From assembly GCA_965112155.1 (NCBI GenBank), contig OZ218099.1: a stretch of 64,000 nt of DNA. One strand, 5' to 3'. This DNA comes from Podarcis liolepis. Lineage: Eukaryota. Made by a program: the position numbers and the translations under genes. The notes beneath the pieces were generated by a model. That model ran no database searches and was not told where the DNA came from. It was given only the letters and a program-made list of their open reading frames with translations. Positions 12,011 to 24,077 of the stretch are shown piece by piece (positions within the stretch are counted from its first letter, which is position 1; each line of letters starts with the position of its first letter).

Positions 12011-12466
12011 CAGAAAACCTCGGCTTCAGCAATTAGACTTTGTGAAATAGAAAACTAAGTTTTAAGTAAGAAAAGGTCGAAATTTAAAGTAATACTATGT
12101 TCAAATTTAAAGTATAAGTAATTGATAAAAACCACTTTAAATTTAGAAGTACAACACGTAAAAAGTATAAAATAAGACACGAAACAAGGTAATAATTTGC
12201 TGATATTTTTATTATAAATAATGCAGGGTAAGGGAGATGTGAGGAAGTCCAGTTATATAAAAAAATGTTTTGAATATTTTAATTTTTTTCTCTCTTTAAT
12301 TTTCTTCTTTTCTGTATTGTTCGTTGGTGTACTTGCTCTGGTTTTCTTGTTTGTTATTTCTTGTTTGTTGTATCTTTGGTGAAGGGATTTTGTGTGTATA
12401 TTTCTTATTTTGTATTTGAAAATTTAATAAAATATTTTATAAAAAAAGAAAGAAAGAAAAAAAAAG
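12011..12466 (+). mobile_element. Truncated L1-like retroposon 3' end
   Basis: AATAAA followed by an A-rich tail (12426-12466); AAACATAC duplicated at 12003-12010 and 12467-12474. Confidence 0.65.
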
Positions 12467-12479
12467 AAACATACATTAT

Positions 12480-12840
12480 GCAATGAAGCTGAATGTCGGA
12501 CTATTCAGGACAGGCAAAACAATGTATTTCTCCAAACAGTGCATAGTTAAATATGGAATTCATTCTAACAAGGGGCGGTTATGGCGACCATCTTGGATGC
12601 CTTTAAAAGATAATTAGACAAATTCATGGAGGCTAAGGCTATCAGTTGCTACTAGCCATGATGGCTATACTTTGCCTCCAAGGTCAGTGGAGTTGCTGGA
12701 AACCATAGGATAGGAAAATGTTTTTGTGTGCAAGTGCTGCTTGCAGACTTCCTTAAGGCATCTGGTTGGCACTGGGAGAGCAGGATGCTGGACTAGGTGG
12801 GCCATTGGTCTGATGCAGCAGGGCTTTTCTTACGTTCTTA
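12480..12840 (+). mobile_element. Degenerate CR1 3' fragment
   Basis: Resembles the 3170-3325 CR1 copy (ATTCAGGACAG ... TTAGACAAATTCATGGAGG-TAAGGCT). Confidence 0.7.
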
Positions 12841-12849
12841 CCTTGTTCA

Positions 12850-13280
12850 GATTATTTATTGGCCCTCATCCAGCCCACTACTGTGTCCAGGCATTGGTCC
12901 AGGTCTGCCTTTCCTGATTGAGATGCAATAGAAAAATATAGCTGGTTATCAGCATGGTAATGACACCTTGCCTCAAATTGCCTAATGACTGATCCCAATG
13001 GCTTCATATAGATGGCAAATAACGTTGGAGATAAAATAGTGTTCTGTGGAACCTCATAACAACAGTGGAACATTCTTCCGATGCTGGTCTCTGCTTATGA
13101 CCCAAATAGAAACGGAACCACTGTGGCATAGTGCTTCTGATACCCATTCCACATCACTGGTCCAGCAGGATACCATGCTCACTGATTTTGAAAGTCACCT
13201 ATAGATCAAGTAGAAGAAGCAGGGCCACACATTCATCATGGCGACCAAAGCTTTTTAGTCCCATGCACCTTAGCTGCACC
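12850..13280 (-). mobile_element. Old L2 RT fragment
   Basis: ORF 12852..13073 gives VPQNTILSPTLFAIYMKPL...HADNQLYFS, a degenerate GVPQGSILSP / YADD region. Confidence 0.8.
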
Positions 13281-14254
13281 TTCCATCCAAGACACTAAAT
13301 CTCTTATAGCTACCATCTTGCACCTTATTATAGATAGCGGAATTATCCCCCATGACTGCCCATGATCATCCTGCTGTAATTGATGTATAGTGAGATGTCC
13401 TATGAAATGTGCTTATCCTATAATTTATTACTCCAGTTAGATTCAGTTCTGTAATTCTTGAGATTTGGGGATATAATCCACCAAGATTTGTGCAGCAGAA
13501 ATTTCATTAAAATGAATGGGAGTAACATAAGAACAGAGACATGAATTTATGCAGCTCTTTTTCATTTCAGTTAAGGTTGTTCAGAATATGCTCCTGGTAG
13601 CATGCAACACTTGTGCACTGGTCTTTCTGCTTTCTTCAGTGCTGCCATGTGTGAGAGTCTTTGCTCATGTTAATTTTCTTTTGCCTTACCACTAAGAAAG
13701 TGTCCAGACATTATGGAGAGCAAGCAAATTTTCTTGCTCTTGTGTCTACACCATTCATGAATAGAGAACAGGTAGAGAGCATTTCTTTAACATTAGATGA
13801 GTCCTCCAGTAAGGGGCGCTGAGCCTCCCTCCTAACTTGTCTTACATTTCTGCACTCCATCACTTTACACACTTTTTGTCCAACACAGCCCAGCCACAGT
13901 ACCATAAGTGAGCTGGATTGTAGTGGAAAAGTCCCTGACCTGAAATGATGAAGGACAGGAAAATAAAAGTGTCTGCAGCAGTGCAGCATGGGGAGAATAA
14001 GACCAGCTCTCCAAACCCATCTGACTCTTTTGATATAAAAAATAGAATCTCTTTCATGCTTTATACATAAACAGGGCAGATGCAAGAACAACAATTGTGT
14101 GACTGCCCATACTGTGTACAGTCATGCCCTTAATCCCCAATTTTGTTTACACTTTGCACCTTAGAATATATAGATTAAAGGCTGTGTAGGTGGGGATGGA
14201 ATATTGCAACCCATTGTTATTAACCAACTGGTACTTTTACCATTTTTCTGCCAG

Positions 14255-14336
14255 CTACATGACCACAACTTTTGTAATGGAGGCCATGGCTGCTGCAAAT
14301 GCCCAGCTTCGTTGGAAGAGAATGGAAAAGCACAAG
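14255..14336 (+). CDS. TMEM104: TMEM104 coding exon, (S)YMTTTFVMEAMAAANAQLRWKRMEKHK
   Basis: Pyrimidine tract + CCAG| acceptor; AAG|GTTTGT donor; 82 nt, phase 2 to 0. Visible inside ORF 14190..14381. Confidence 0.96.
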
Positions 14337-14709
14337 GTTTGTGTGGCATTTCATTTGGCTGCTAATTATTTTTCTTCATAGCTATAAAATCTCAGTGGAG
14401 CAGCTCTATTTTCATTTCATTTGTTATGTGTTTACCCTTAACATCTGGCTGTAGATTCTGCACCATGTTGCAAAACCTGATTCATCACAAACTTAGCCAT
14501 TTTGTCCCTGGCACTGGGATGGATGCTCAGCCTTTTGGTGGACCAGCTTGAAGCTATAAGCATGCCAGAAGGCTTTCAGCTGGAGAGGTTTAGTCTTTTT
14601 TCCAGCAAGTAAAGACTCCTCTTTTTTACCTCTTGACATTCTGTTTCTTGTCAGAATTCTGAAATTATTCTATATTTTGAACACTTATGCTTATTTCTTA
14701 CTCTTCTAG

Positions 14710-14806
14710 GATGATGATGAGGATTCTTCATCTGGCGTTTCTGATAGTGATGTTCTTCTTCCTGAAGGCTATGAGCGATCAGAGACACGACCTATCCTAT
14801 CTCTTC
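14710..14806 (+). CDS. TMEM104: TMEM104 coding exon, DDDEDSSSGVSDSDVLLPEGYERSETRPILSL(Q)
   Basis: CTTCTAG| acceptor; C|GTAAGT donor; 97 nt, phase 0 to 1. Acidic loop as in the human protein. Confidence 0.95.
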
Positions 14807-15404
14807 GTAAGTATCTAGCAAGAAACTTTTCTCACTCCTATGAGTTGCTCTTCAGTGCAGATAACAAATGAGAAAGTTAGACACAGCCTACTTTCCCTGT
14901 GTCTTGTATACACATGCACATGTAGTAGCTTTCTGAGAAACACAATACTAGCATTTTTACAATTCAAGAAAACTAGTTTATCAAGGTATCAAGCCACTGG
15001 CAACCCTGTTTTCTCCCTAGCCTTGCTTCCACAGGGTTTCAGTGACACAAAATGTACAACTGAAAACCCCCTGAATCTTTTTTATATGAAATCATTTGTG
15101 AGTTGCCTTTCAGACCAAAATGTTAACTCTGAGCCATGCAAGTAAAATCCCAAATGTAATAGTTTGCAGAGTTTTATTCGTCCTTTTGCCTTGCATGTAC
15201 AGTACCTGATTTGTAGGGGGGAGGGAAATCTCAACTGTTATAAAGTTTCCTTTTCTGGTCTCCTGCAGGCAATTATTGTTATAAGCAACACAGGAAAGTG
15301 TTAATTTACATGTCTGAGCAAGATGGAGAGAGAACAGGTTGTGGCTTGAGCGGGACCCATCTTTGAGATGTAGGCTAAGAGTTTCCTTCCCTCTAACCCT
15401 GCAG

Positions 15405-15485
15405 AGAGACGAGGAGCACCTAACGTTTTTGAAATCACTGAAAGGGTGGAGATGGGTCAGATGGCATCCATGTTCTTCAATAAAG
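15405..15485 (+). CDS. TMEM104: TMEM104 coding exon, (Q)RRGAPNVFEITERVEMGQMASMFFNK
   Basis: CTAAC branch-like site, CTGCAG| acceptor, G|GTAACT donor; 81 nt, phase 1 to 1. Confidence 0.96.
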
Positions 15486-17382
15486 GTAACTATCTCCAAG
15501 CCACGAAGGCTCTATTTCATATTATGTATATTTGGTTGTTTTTTATTTAGCCTAGCTTTTGTCAGAATCTCTTAGTAGTTGGTGTTTTTCTTGAGGAATG
15601 ACAGTTTCAAGTGAAAACTACGTGTGCGAACCATAATAGGAATCACCCATTTTTCCAGAGTGTTTCTGAATGGTTCCTAAAGCCTAAATGTCACGTTTGA
15701 CACCCCACCCCATGTGAATATATAACTTCTTTTAAATAGGGATATTTAAGGCTTTTTGTGGTCCCAAATCTGCTTGAGATACTGAATACCTACTTCTCCT
15801 GGCTACTAATAATGTCTGGAGGTGGAGAAACAGGTACCATCTTGTCTGTGTGTTCACATATTTTGGCTTCGAGAGACATAGTCTCACTTAAAATAAAGTT
15901 TTAAGTGCTTGTAGTTTTAAAGAAAAGATTGACATGTGACACTAATCTATCTTTCTGTCTCCGAGTGGAAATAATTATCTTTGATAAGGCTTGAATTTTT
16001 TTAAAGGAATGAATATAACACATCTGGACTGGCAGTAGAAAGATAGTCAGCTGAAGAACTTTGCTGTACATAAATGCCGTATTAAATAGTCTCAAAATGT
16101 TTATTAATATGTATTGTGCTCCAGGTAATAATTTTTGTAGTACTGTTAAAGGTGCTGAACATTTTCCATATCTCTAATGTGCTGTACTCCTCATCCTGGA
16201 TAAAAGCAAATAGTAATTTAAATTGCATCCTATTTGCACTTTTGCACTCTTTCATTCTCAAAGAAACCACTGAAGTTCTTAAGCAATGGTAGAGCTACTT
16301 GACATAGGAGTTAGGGTTTGGGAACTGGAGCTGGCTACTATTAAAATAATTTACTGTTGGGTGTATTTCAATATGACAGAAGGAACCTGGTTTTGGGTTT
16401 GGTGTTAATGAGGCTTGTTGAGAGCAGTACAGATAAAATAAACCTGTGAGTGACATCCTAGTGAGTGGGTAGGTTGTAAAGATGCAGCCCAATTACAGAT
16501 TCATTTGAATACTTAGCCCAGATTGAACTGCTAGAGATATGAACCGCTTGCCTTGAATGGTATGCTAGCATTCTGTTTTAATTGCTGTGATGGATAACTT
16601 CACCCAGCAGAGGGTGCTCAGGTCACATGTGTGAATTCAGAACAGTAGTAGTTGAATATTATTTAATTATTTAATTAATCAACTTGTAATTCACACAAAA
16701 CCTTCATTCTTTAGTTTTCCCCTTACCATAAGTAGACCATGCTGTCAAGTTCCTTCTTTTAGACGAGAGAATGTGAATATTGAATAATTACAGTAGGTTT
16801 GGTGAAAGAAGGCCCCCCTCAAAGTCATGGATACCTGTATTTCCACGATATTTGCTTCTGTTCTGTCTTATGTGTTAAGTGACATCTTATATGTTATATG
16901 TTAAAGTGACATCTTGGTGCTCAGAGTTTTGAAAGCATCATGCAGGTTTCACAGATCCACAAGTACCTTGATAGTAATAGAAGTTAGCTTTCTGAGTATC
17001 TCTGAGCTCTATAAAGTAACTAGTTTCTGTATCAAGAAAAGTTGTGCAGAAAGTTTTAATATGTCTGGATGGTGTCTGTGAAAGATCTTGAAATGGATTT
17101 TGGAAGTGGTCTTAAACCTGTAGCCTCCATTTGTGCCCTTTAGGCCTGATATTATTCTCATTTTCTTACCTCTGCTGCATCTCCTTCCTTGTCATAACTG
17201 TAATGCAACAGTAAGTCATCAATTTATGCAAATTTGGATAGTACAGGAAGATGAATTTTTGGATGGATCGCAGACCCTTGATGTGTCAAGAAAATTGGCT
17301 GTGCATGTTGGCAGACTGTTTTTGTACACACAACTTTTATGGATGAGGTGAAAGCCAATGTTTAATTAAACATGTATTAGAG

Positions 17383-17519
17383 CAGGCATAGGCAAATTCG
17401 CCCCTCCAGATGATTTGGGACTACAGTTCCCATCATCCCTGACCACTGGTCCTGTTAGCTAGGAATGATGGGAGTTGTAGTCCCCAAAACATCTGGAGGG
17501 CCGAGTTTGCCTGTGCCTG
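17383..17519. mobile_element. 137-bp palindromic hAT MITE
   Basis: TIRs CAGGCATAGGCAAA / TTTGCCTGTGCCTG, near-complete self-complementarity, perfect 8-bp TSD TATTAGAG (17375-17382, 17520-17527). Older relatives near 17803-17940, 20245-20375, 55070-55195. Confidence 0.92.
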
Positions 17520-17983
17520 TATTAGAGTGACCAGCTTAGTGTTTAAATCCTAGAGAGTGATTTTGAAAGATAGGGCATACAGATTGGCTGGACTCTCTTG
17601 GGTTTCAATCAGCACACTATTGTGGCCCCTTTTAAAAGTTGCTTGAGTCACTTGATCTCCTTCAGATAGGTGATAGTGAGGATTTCCATAGAGAGCCATT
17701 TCCCCAAACTTCTCAGGTAATTTTAAGAGGTTGCAGATCCCACAGATCATTTGATAGGCAAGATATTTTGATACTAGGCTTGAAGAGCCCCTTCATTTTA
17801 AAGCAGAGTTGGACAACCTGTGCCCTCTGGATGTTGTTTTAGTACTACTCCCCAAATCCCTAATCACTGGCCATGCTAGCTGGGACCAATGGCAGTTGAG
17901 AGTTCAGCAATTTATGGAGGGCCACAGGTTCCCCAACCCTATTTTACTTGGTGCCTTTAAAATATAAAAATAACTTGGCTTCT

Positions 17984-18070
17984 CGCAGCGAGGGAACCAC
18001 CAGAAGGCCCTTGGCACTGGACCTCAGTGTCTGGGCAGAATGATGATGATTATTATTATTATTATATTAA
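17984..18070. mobile_element. Tiny rearranged L2 insertion
   Basis: About 63 nt matches 4717-4779 (6 mismatches), then a (TGA)n(TTA)n tail; flanked by TGGCTTCT twice. Confidence 0.8.
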
Positions 18071-21000
18071 TGGCTTCTGTTTACTACCATACATCTCCTG
18101 TTCTTACTTCATCTATTCATCTTTGTTTCTGGGCAGCTTGTCTGGTTTGTGTAGAAGCCTTTCTCCTCCAGTTGGTTTGGATGTCTTCGCCTCCCCTCTG
18201 AAGTGCCAGATCTTTTCAACTGTCCTAATTCTCTAATCCCATCCCTTCAGACCTCAACCAGGCTTACTGCAGTTAAGCATAATCAGAATTTGCACATGCA
18301 TTCTTCAATGAACTATAGCAATTATTTGCTCTTAAGGGAGAGCTTCTTACTGCCCCATTCTGTGTATTATGTTGTTTTATTTGAACCCCCAAACAAGTCC
18401 GCGCAGTGACTGTATGCTAATGTTACACCCCGACTGCAACCTGGCAGGTTTGCTATTAGGGTCATGAGATTTATGCAGTACAGTCAATGAATAAGGCTTT
18501 CAGAGTTTCATGGCTAGGTGAAGATGTGTTGCGGCTCTGTTATACCTTCTTTTGAGAGTTATTGGCCTGTTAAAAGCAAAATCCTTGTTTTCACTGTATT
18601 CTTTGCTCATTTCCCTTGACTATCTTAACAATTTGACATGCTCTGGATCTGCAATCTTAAGAGTTGAGCTGTGTATAAATCTTCCACCTCTGACTTGTCT
18701 GCTTTCTGTAGGGAATAGATTTGCAGTCTTAACTCTAAGGAGAAAAAGGGCCTCTGGCTGTGAAGGGAATCTGTTCTGAAGGATAGCTGGGTGCTCTTTA
18801 TCAGGGATCCAGAAGTCATTTATTGTAATAATGGATTCAAGGCACATACATCATGTACCATCCTTGCAGGAAGTCATTGATCTTCCTGTTTTGTGTCCAG
18901 TAATGAAAGTATTGATCAATGAAGGTTGGTGGCAGTTTATAAAGCAGAAACAACAGTAACGTCTATCTGTAGGTGGAGAGGGTGGAGACTATTGGGTGGT
19001 GCTTTCACCCCAAATCCTCAGCTGAGATGTGTGCCTTGAATAAACAACATAGAAGTGGGTCTGAGATGTTCTGCAGAGGACAACAGGATTGGTTAAAATG
19101 TTGTGGTTTCAAATTGTTAGAAGCTTTAAAATATTTAAAATACAGATTATCTGAATAGTTTAAATGCTCTGAGCTACTGTGGCTAAGGCACAGGCCTTTA
19201 TTTTGCCAAACAAATGAAAGCAGTACATTCAACTTTTGTTTCCTACAGAGTTCCTAGTGTAAATTAGATGTAAGAGGGCTGTAGTCAAGTGACCTAGCAG
19301 CTCGGGCACCATACCTGTTGGTCTGATGGCAACAGTGAATAATAGGAATTCTTCCTTCCATCCCCTTCACTGTGTCCTTTTACCATGTTCATTTACAAGG
19401 TACTGTTTAGGCATTGATTGATAATCATTTGGGGAAACCAATCTCTTGAGTTGTGGTGACCTTTTCAAGCATTTGTTAAAGCATGCTTCCTTTCAGCTTT
19501 CTCTTCATAGATGTCAACACTTTAAAAGAAAGATCTCGCATCTCTTAAGACAGAATTTTCCTTTGCTTGCTAGTATTCCATGAAGCCCAAATGTCATATA
19601 TCTTTTTACTGATGCTGAAAAAAATATATACTATAACTTTTCTGTTTTTTTATTTTATTTACCTATTTTATATGTTGGTAAATAAAAAGTTGTTTAAAGT
19701 GAGTATAATTTCCATATTTTATTTTGTTTGATATTTACTTAAATTTGACATTCTGGATGTGACACTTAAAGCTGCTATCCTTTACACAGTTATTTGGGAG
19801 TAAGCCCCATTAAACCTATTGCATCTTATTTCTGAGAAAACATGGTTAGGATTGCTGTGTTGGACTTGGTGTCACTTTGTATTACGAAAAACTAGCTGTG
19901 AACCTAATTTTGGAGTCACTACTGTGGATAAATGATGGCACGACTCACTGCACTGATGTACATACATATTGGATATGATATGAGGACACCTAATTTTGTT
20001 AAGCTTTCTTCACCCTTTTTCTTCTGTCCCATTTATCCAAGTAATGCTGAGATACTCACTCCTATTTAAATGTAAGGAATAGCTGTGATCTCATTTCTCA
20101 ATCTTTCCCAATATGAAATGTACTCTTCTGGAGGCTCTCTGATGAATTAAAGGCACTATTAATGCCTTTCTGAATATGGGAAAAATATTTTCGGCTGCAG
20201 TCTTTTGCGATCCTCTCCTTGTAGTCAGTTATTGATGTAGTGTAGGGATGGGGAACCTGTGGTCTTCCAGATGTTTTTGGACTCCAACTCCCATCAGGCT
20301 GAGCTACTATTGCCAGTGTTGATGGGAGTTATAGTCAGCCAGCATCTGAAGGGCTACAGGCTCCTCACTTCTGGTGTAATGAATAATTGTTTTCTTTACT
20401 TAACAAATTATTTTCCTCCCTTGGTCAGAAGGTTGTTGCAAACTGGTTTGCACTGTTTTCTTTTCACATGTTTTTTGAGATATGAATTTGTGTTAAGGCT
20501 TTGACATTGTAACTTCCAGGACATGTGAGTTCTCCCTGGTGTTCAAAGCAGAATTCTCATATCTCCCCCACAGATATTTGCACCTGTAGTTCATATATCT
20601 CACTGTAGAGGAAGAAATAAAAAATGGTGATCATGTGGATCTTTCTGGAGACTTTGGTTCTCTTTTAAATGGCTAAACATGAGGTGGGCTGTCCTTTAGG
20701 TCATCTGGGATCTGGCACAGGGAAATTCTCTGGATGACACAAAGAAACTCAGAGAATAGGAATGGCAAGGCACTTCTGCTCTCCTCACAGATGGCCACAC
20801 CTAAAGTCACTTTTAGGCCTTGTACTGTCATAAAGCACAGCTGTGAATTGCTGTAAAGCTTCTATTTTTCTAGTAGCAGTGGTGCCACAACAATTTAGGC
20901 ATCAATATATGGCTCTGTTCTGTTGCCAAGCTCAAAATCCTGTGTTAGATTGCATCATAAAACACTCCACCATAACAGCTGAAGCATTTTGTATGGTGGA

Positions 21001-22004
21001 GCTGCTAGTGTAATGTGCAGTTAGAAGTTGTGCACCAAAATTCTAGACTAGATTAGTATTCCTGTCAAGCTCCTTTATTTTTTGCTTTCTTACAATATTC
21101 CTGTCTTCTCTCCTTTTATACGAAACAATGCGTGTTTTGTTTCTTTGTCTCAGCGGCCTTTGGAAATGAAATCTGTTCAGATTGAGGCATTCAGTTCTAT
21201 TTCTTTTAAGTCAAGCTGGTGCATTTTGGCATCTCTTTATCCTTATTGATTTCTACTCATCAAAGCAGAGTTTGTTTGCCTCCCGGTAATTCTTTTTGTC
21301 TGTGAAACTATAAAGTCTGTCTCACCTGCGTCCTCTAGAGCAAGGGTATGGTGGCAGTGAATATTTTCCTTGATAAAACGGAATATAGGATAGGGAACAT
21401 TTTATGGCGGGGTGGAGAATATTTTTCAGTCTGGGGGTCGCATTTTACTTGTATACATTAGGCTAATTTACACTCACTCACATGTCTGTATGCCCTCCAG
21501 CTAGTCCAGAAAAGGCACTGTTCAGTGCCATATTCCAGCCATGCCAAAGCACTCAAGGAGGGAGCCAAAGCAGAGTCCGTGAGGGGCATGGCAGGGGAGA
21601 GGGTGTCACATGAGAATAGCCTGGTATAGTGGCTTGGTGGAAGGCATTCTTGGCCCCTGGGTCTGAGGTTCAGCACTCCTGTTTTATGGGATGCAAACTT
21701 TGTGGAAGTAGAATTGCATCTGGTTTTTAAATGGAGCTACTATAGAACTGGTTAGGTTAATGCAGGCATTTGATTGCATATCTGCAGGGTAAGGAAGTCT
21801 GAAGCAGGAAAGGCCAAGTCATCTTTGCAAAATACCTTCCTTCTGACTAATATTGGTTACCATTGTTTGCTGTGAGATAATGGCTGGTTTTAAGCACCTT
21901 GTTTGTGCTCTTACATTACACAATGCACTGTATCTGAGGTTGCCCCTAGGCCTAGCTCAGAAGCTCGAGCTGGTACAGAAATATCTGCATGGGCTGCTCA
22001 TCAT

Positions 22005-22307
22005 TAGGGCTTGCCGATCAGAAGGTCGGCGGTTCGAATCCCCGCGACAGGATGAGCTCCTGTTGCTCGGTCCCTGCTCCTGCCAACCAAGCAGTTTGAA
22101 AGCACGTCAAAGTGCAAGTAGATAAATAGGTACCCCTCTGGCGGGAAGGTAAATGGCGTTTCCGTGCACTGCTCTGATTTTCACCAGAAGCGGCTTAGTC
22201 TGTCTGCATACAAACACCAGCTCCCTCAGCCAGAAAAGCGAGATGAGCGCTGCAACCCCAGAGTCGTTCACGACTGGACTTAATTGTCAGGGGCCCTTTA
22301 CCTTTTT
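22005..22307 (+). mobile_element. 5'-truncated Sauria SINE nested in an old L2 fragment (~21895-22670)
   Basis: Colinear with the 10374 SINE from TAGGGCTTGCCGAT onward. Left flank encodes NALYLRLPL...QKLELVQ; L2 resumes on the right (GPGCLRDHL). Confidence 0.85.
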
Positions 22308-22972
22308 TATATTAATTGATGAAGGGCTCAACACCATAGGTCCAGGGTGCCTCAGGGACCACCTTGACCCTTTTATTTCAGTGCAATCACTGAGATCATA
22401 TGTAAGAGCATCATGTGAGATGGTGAGGCTCATTTGACGTAGACACAGAACTGAGCCTTAGAGATTCAGCAGGCACCTTCTATACTAATGTTTCAAATGT
22501 TTGCTGAAAACTTCTCTGTCGCTAGGCTTAGCCTAGCTAGGCTTAGCCTTTCCCCTAATAATGAGATGGAGAACTGTTTTAATTTTTGTGTGGTTTTTAT
22601 TGTATTATAATTGTTGTAAATGGTTTTGTTATCTTTTATGAAAATACAGTATACAAATATTTTAATAATGTTGAAAATGCATGCTTATACAGTTACGTTA
22701 GTCTTAGACAACTGGACTGCCCCTCAGGAACTCTGTCCTGGCAATTGGTAGGGCTGATTTTTTTTACAAATGAAGATCATTCAACTAGGTGAAATGAACA
22801 AGGTGTTGCCAATAGAGTCGTGAAATGTTTTCCCCAGAAGCCTTTTTGCAGCACAGCAAGTTGAAGTGGTGATCCACAAAAGGTTCCTAGATAGATCCTG
22901 GTGTAAAAAGTGAAACTACAGGAACAGACTAGTCTAGTCTAAACCTATGTTTACTATTCCCTTTATTTACAG

Positions 22973-23072
22973 TGGGAGTCAACTTGTTCTATTTCTGCAT
23001 AATCATCTACCTCTATGGTGATTTGGCGATATATGCAGCTGCTGTCCCAGTTTCTCTCATGCAGGTGACCTG
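22973..23072 (+). CDS. TMEM104: TMEM104 coding exon, (V)GVNLFYFCIIIYLYGDLAIYAAAVPVSLMQVT(C)
   Basis: TTTACAG| acceptor, TG|GTGAGT donor; 100 nt, phase 1 to 2. Conserved YLYGDLAIYAAAVP. Confidence 0.97.
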
Positions 23073-23839
23073 GTGAGTGTGCTTTCGGTGGCAATATTTT
23101 GCAAGCAGCAGTTTCTTGCTGAAATGTCGGAGGATTGCATAACCATTTCACGTTGATGGCTCTGGCAGAAGATTGACTTGCTGGTTGTAATTAATAAATT
23201 TAAAGTATTTCTACCTCACACTTCAAACTAATTTTCCAGAGTGGGTTACATTGTTCTGATGTAATTTGACAGTGCTTAGCATATTGACAAAAACTAGGTC
23301 TAGGGGCTAATTTGTGAGTTACTTCTTTATAGGGCTGCAATGCTTACTTGATTGATTCTTTGGTTAGATTAGATTATCAGAAGGTGCTGCTGACTAATTG
23401 GGCAGCAGATTTTACAATGGTCTAAAATAATTTTTATGCCTGTATTTACAAAAAGCATGAATGACAAGTGCCACTATAGAACATACATTCCCCCTTCTAT
23501 CCCACACAGCCGGGAATGGGTATTCTAAGACTAGGAGCCTGATACAAAAATAGCATTTTCTTCAATACTGTTGTTGATTCATACACAAACTAATCTGGCT
23601 TTATTCAATGAATTACAAGTATATGATTAAATGACTACTATTTCTTTAATCAAGAAACACTTCTATTTTTAAAAATGTCTACATATACCTTACATGCCAA
23701 ATCTATAAGGTACAGTGTTGAAGAATGTGGAGTTCTTGATTGACCGAGACTCCACATGGTATGTGCTGTGTAAGGGGAAATTCTCCACCATCCTTTAAAA
23801 AAGTGTGGGGAGGAATGGTGGCTGGGGTTTGCATAGGTG

Positions 23840-23921
23840 CATGGGTGTAGCCAGGATTTATGGATGGGGAGAACCTCAATTAATTAAGTGTTTTTAATGA
23901 GGGGCAGCTGCTATGCCCATG
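23840..23921. mobile_element. 82-bp hAT-like mini-element
   Basis: TIRs CATGGGTGTAGC / GCTATGCCCATG; 8-bp TSD CATAGGTG / TATAGGTG (7 of 8 match). Confidence 0.75.
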
Positions 23922-23968
23922 TATAGGTGCATTAACTGTGGTCTGCTTTTGCTTCTCCCTCTTGCCAG

Positions 23969-24077
23969 TAGTGTGACGGGCAATCATTCATGCAGTGTTG
24001 AAGATGGTACTAAGTATAATGACACAGACAAGTGCTGGGGACCAATCAGAAGGATTGATGCTTATAGAATTTATCTG
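23969..24077 (+). CDS. TMEM104: TMEM104 coding exon, (C)SVTGNHSCSVEDGTKYNDTDKCWGPIRRIDAYRIYL
   Basis: TTGCCAG| acceptor, CTG|GTGAGT donor; 109 nt, phase 2 to 0. N-glycosylation sequons NHS and NDT suggest a luminal loop. Confidence 0.96.

Noticed and set aside
13711-14094. 127-aa minus-strand ORF as a nested gene
   Set aside because: No recognisable family or supporting gene structure.
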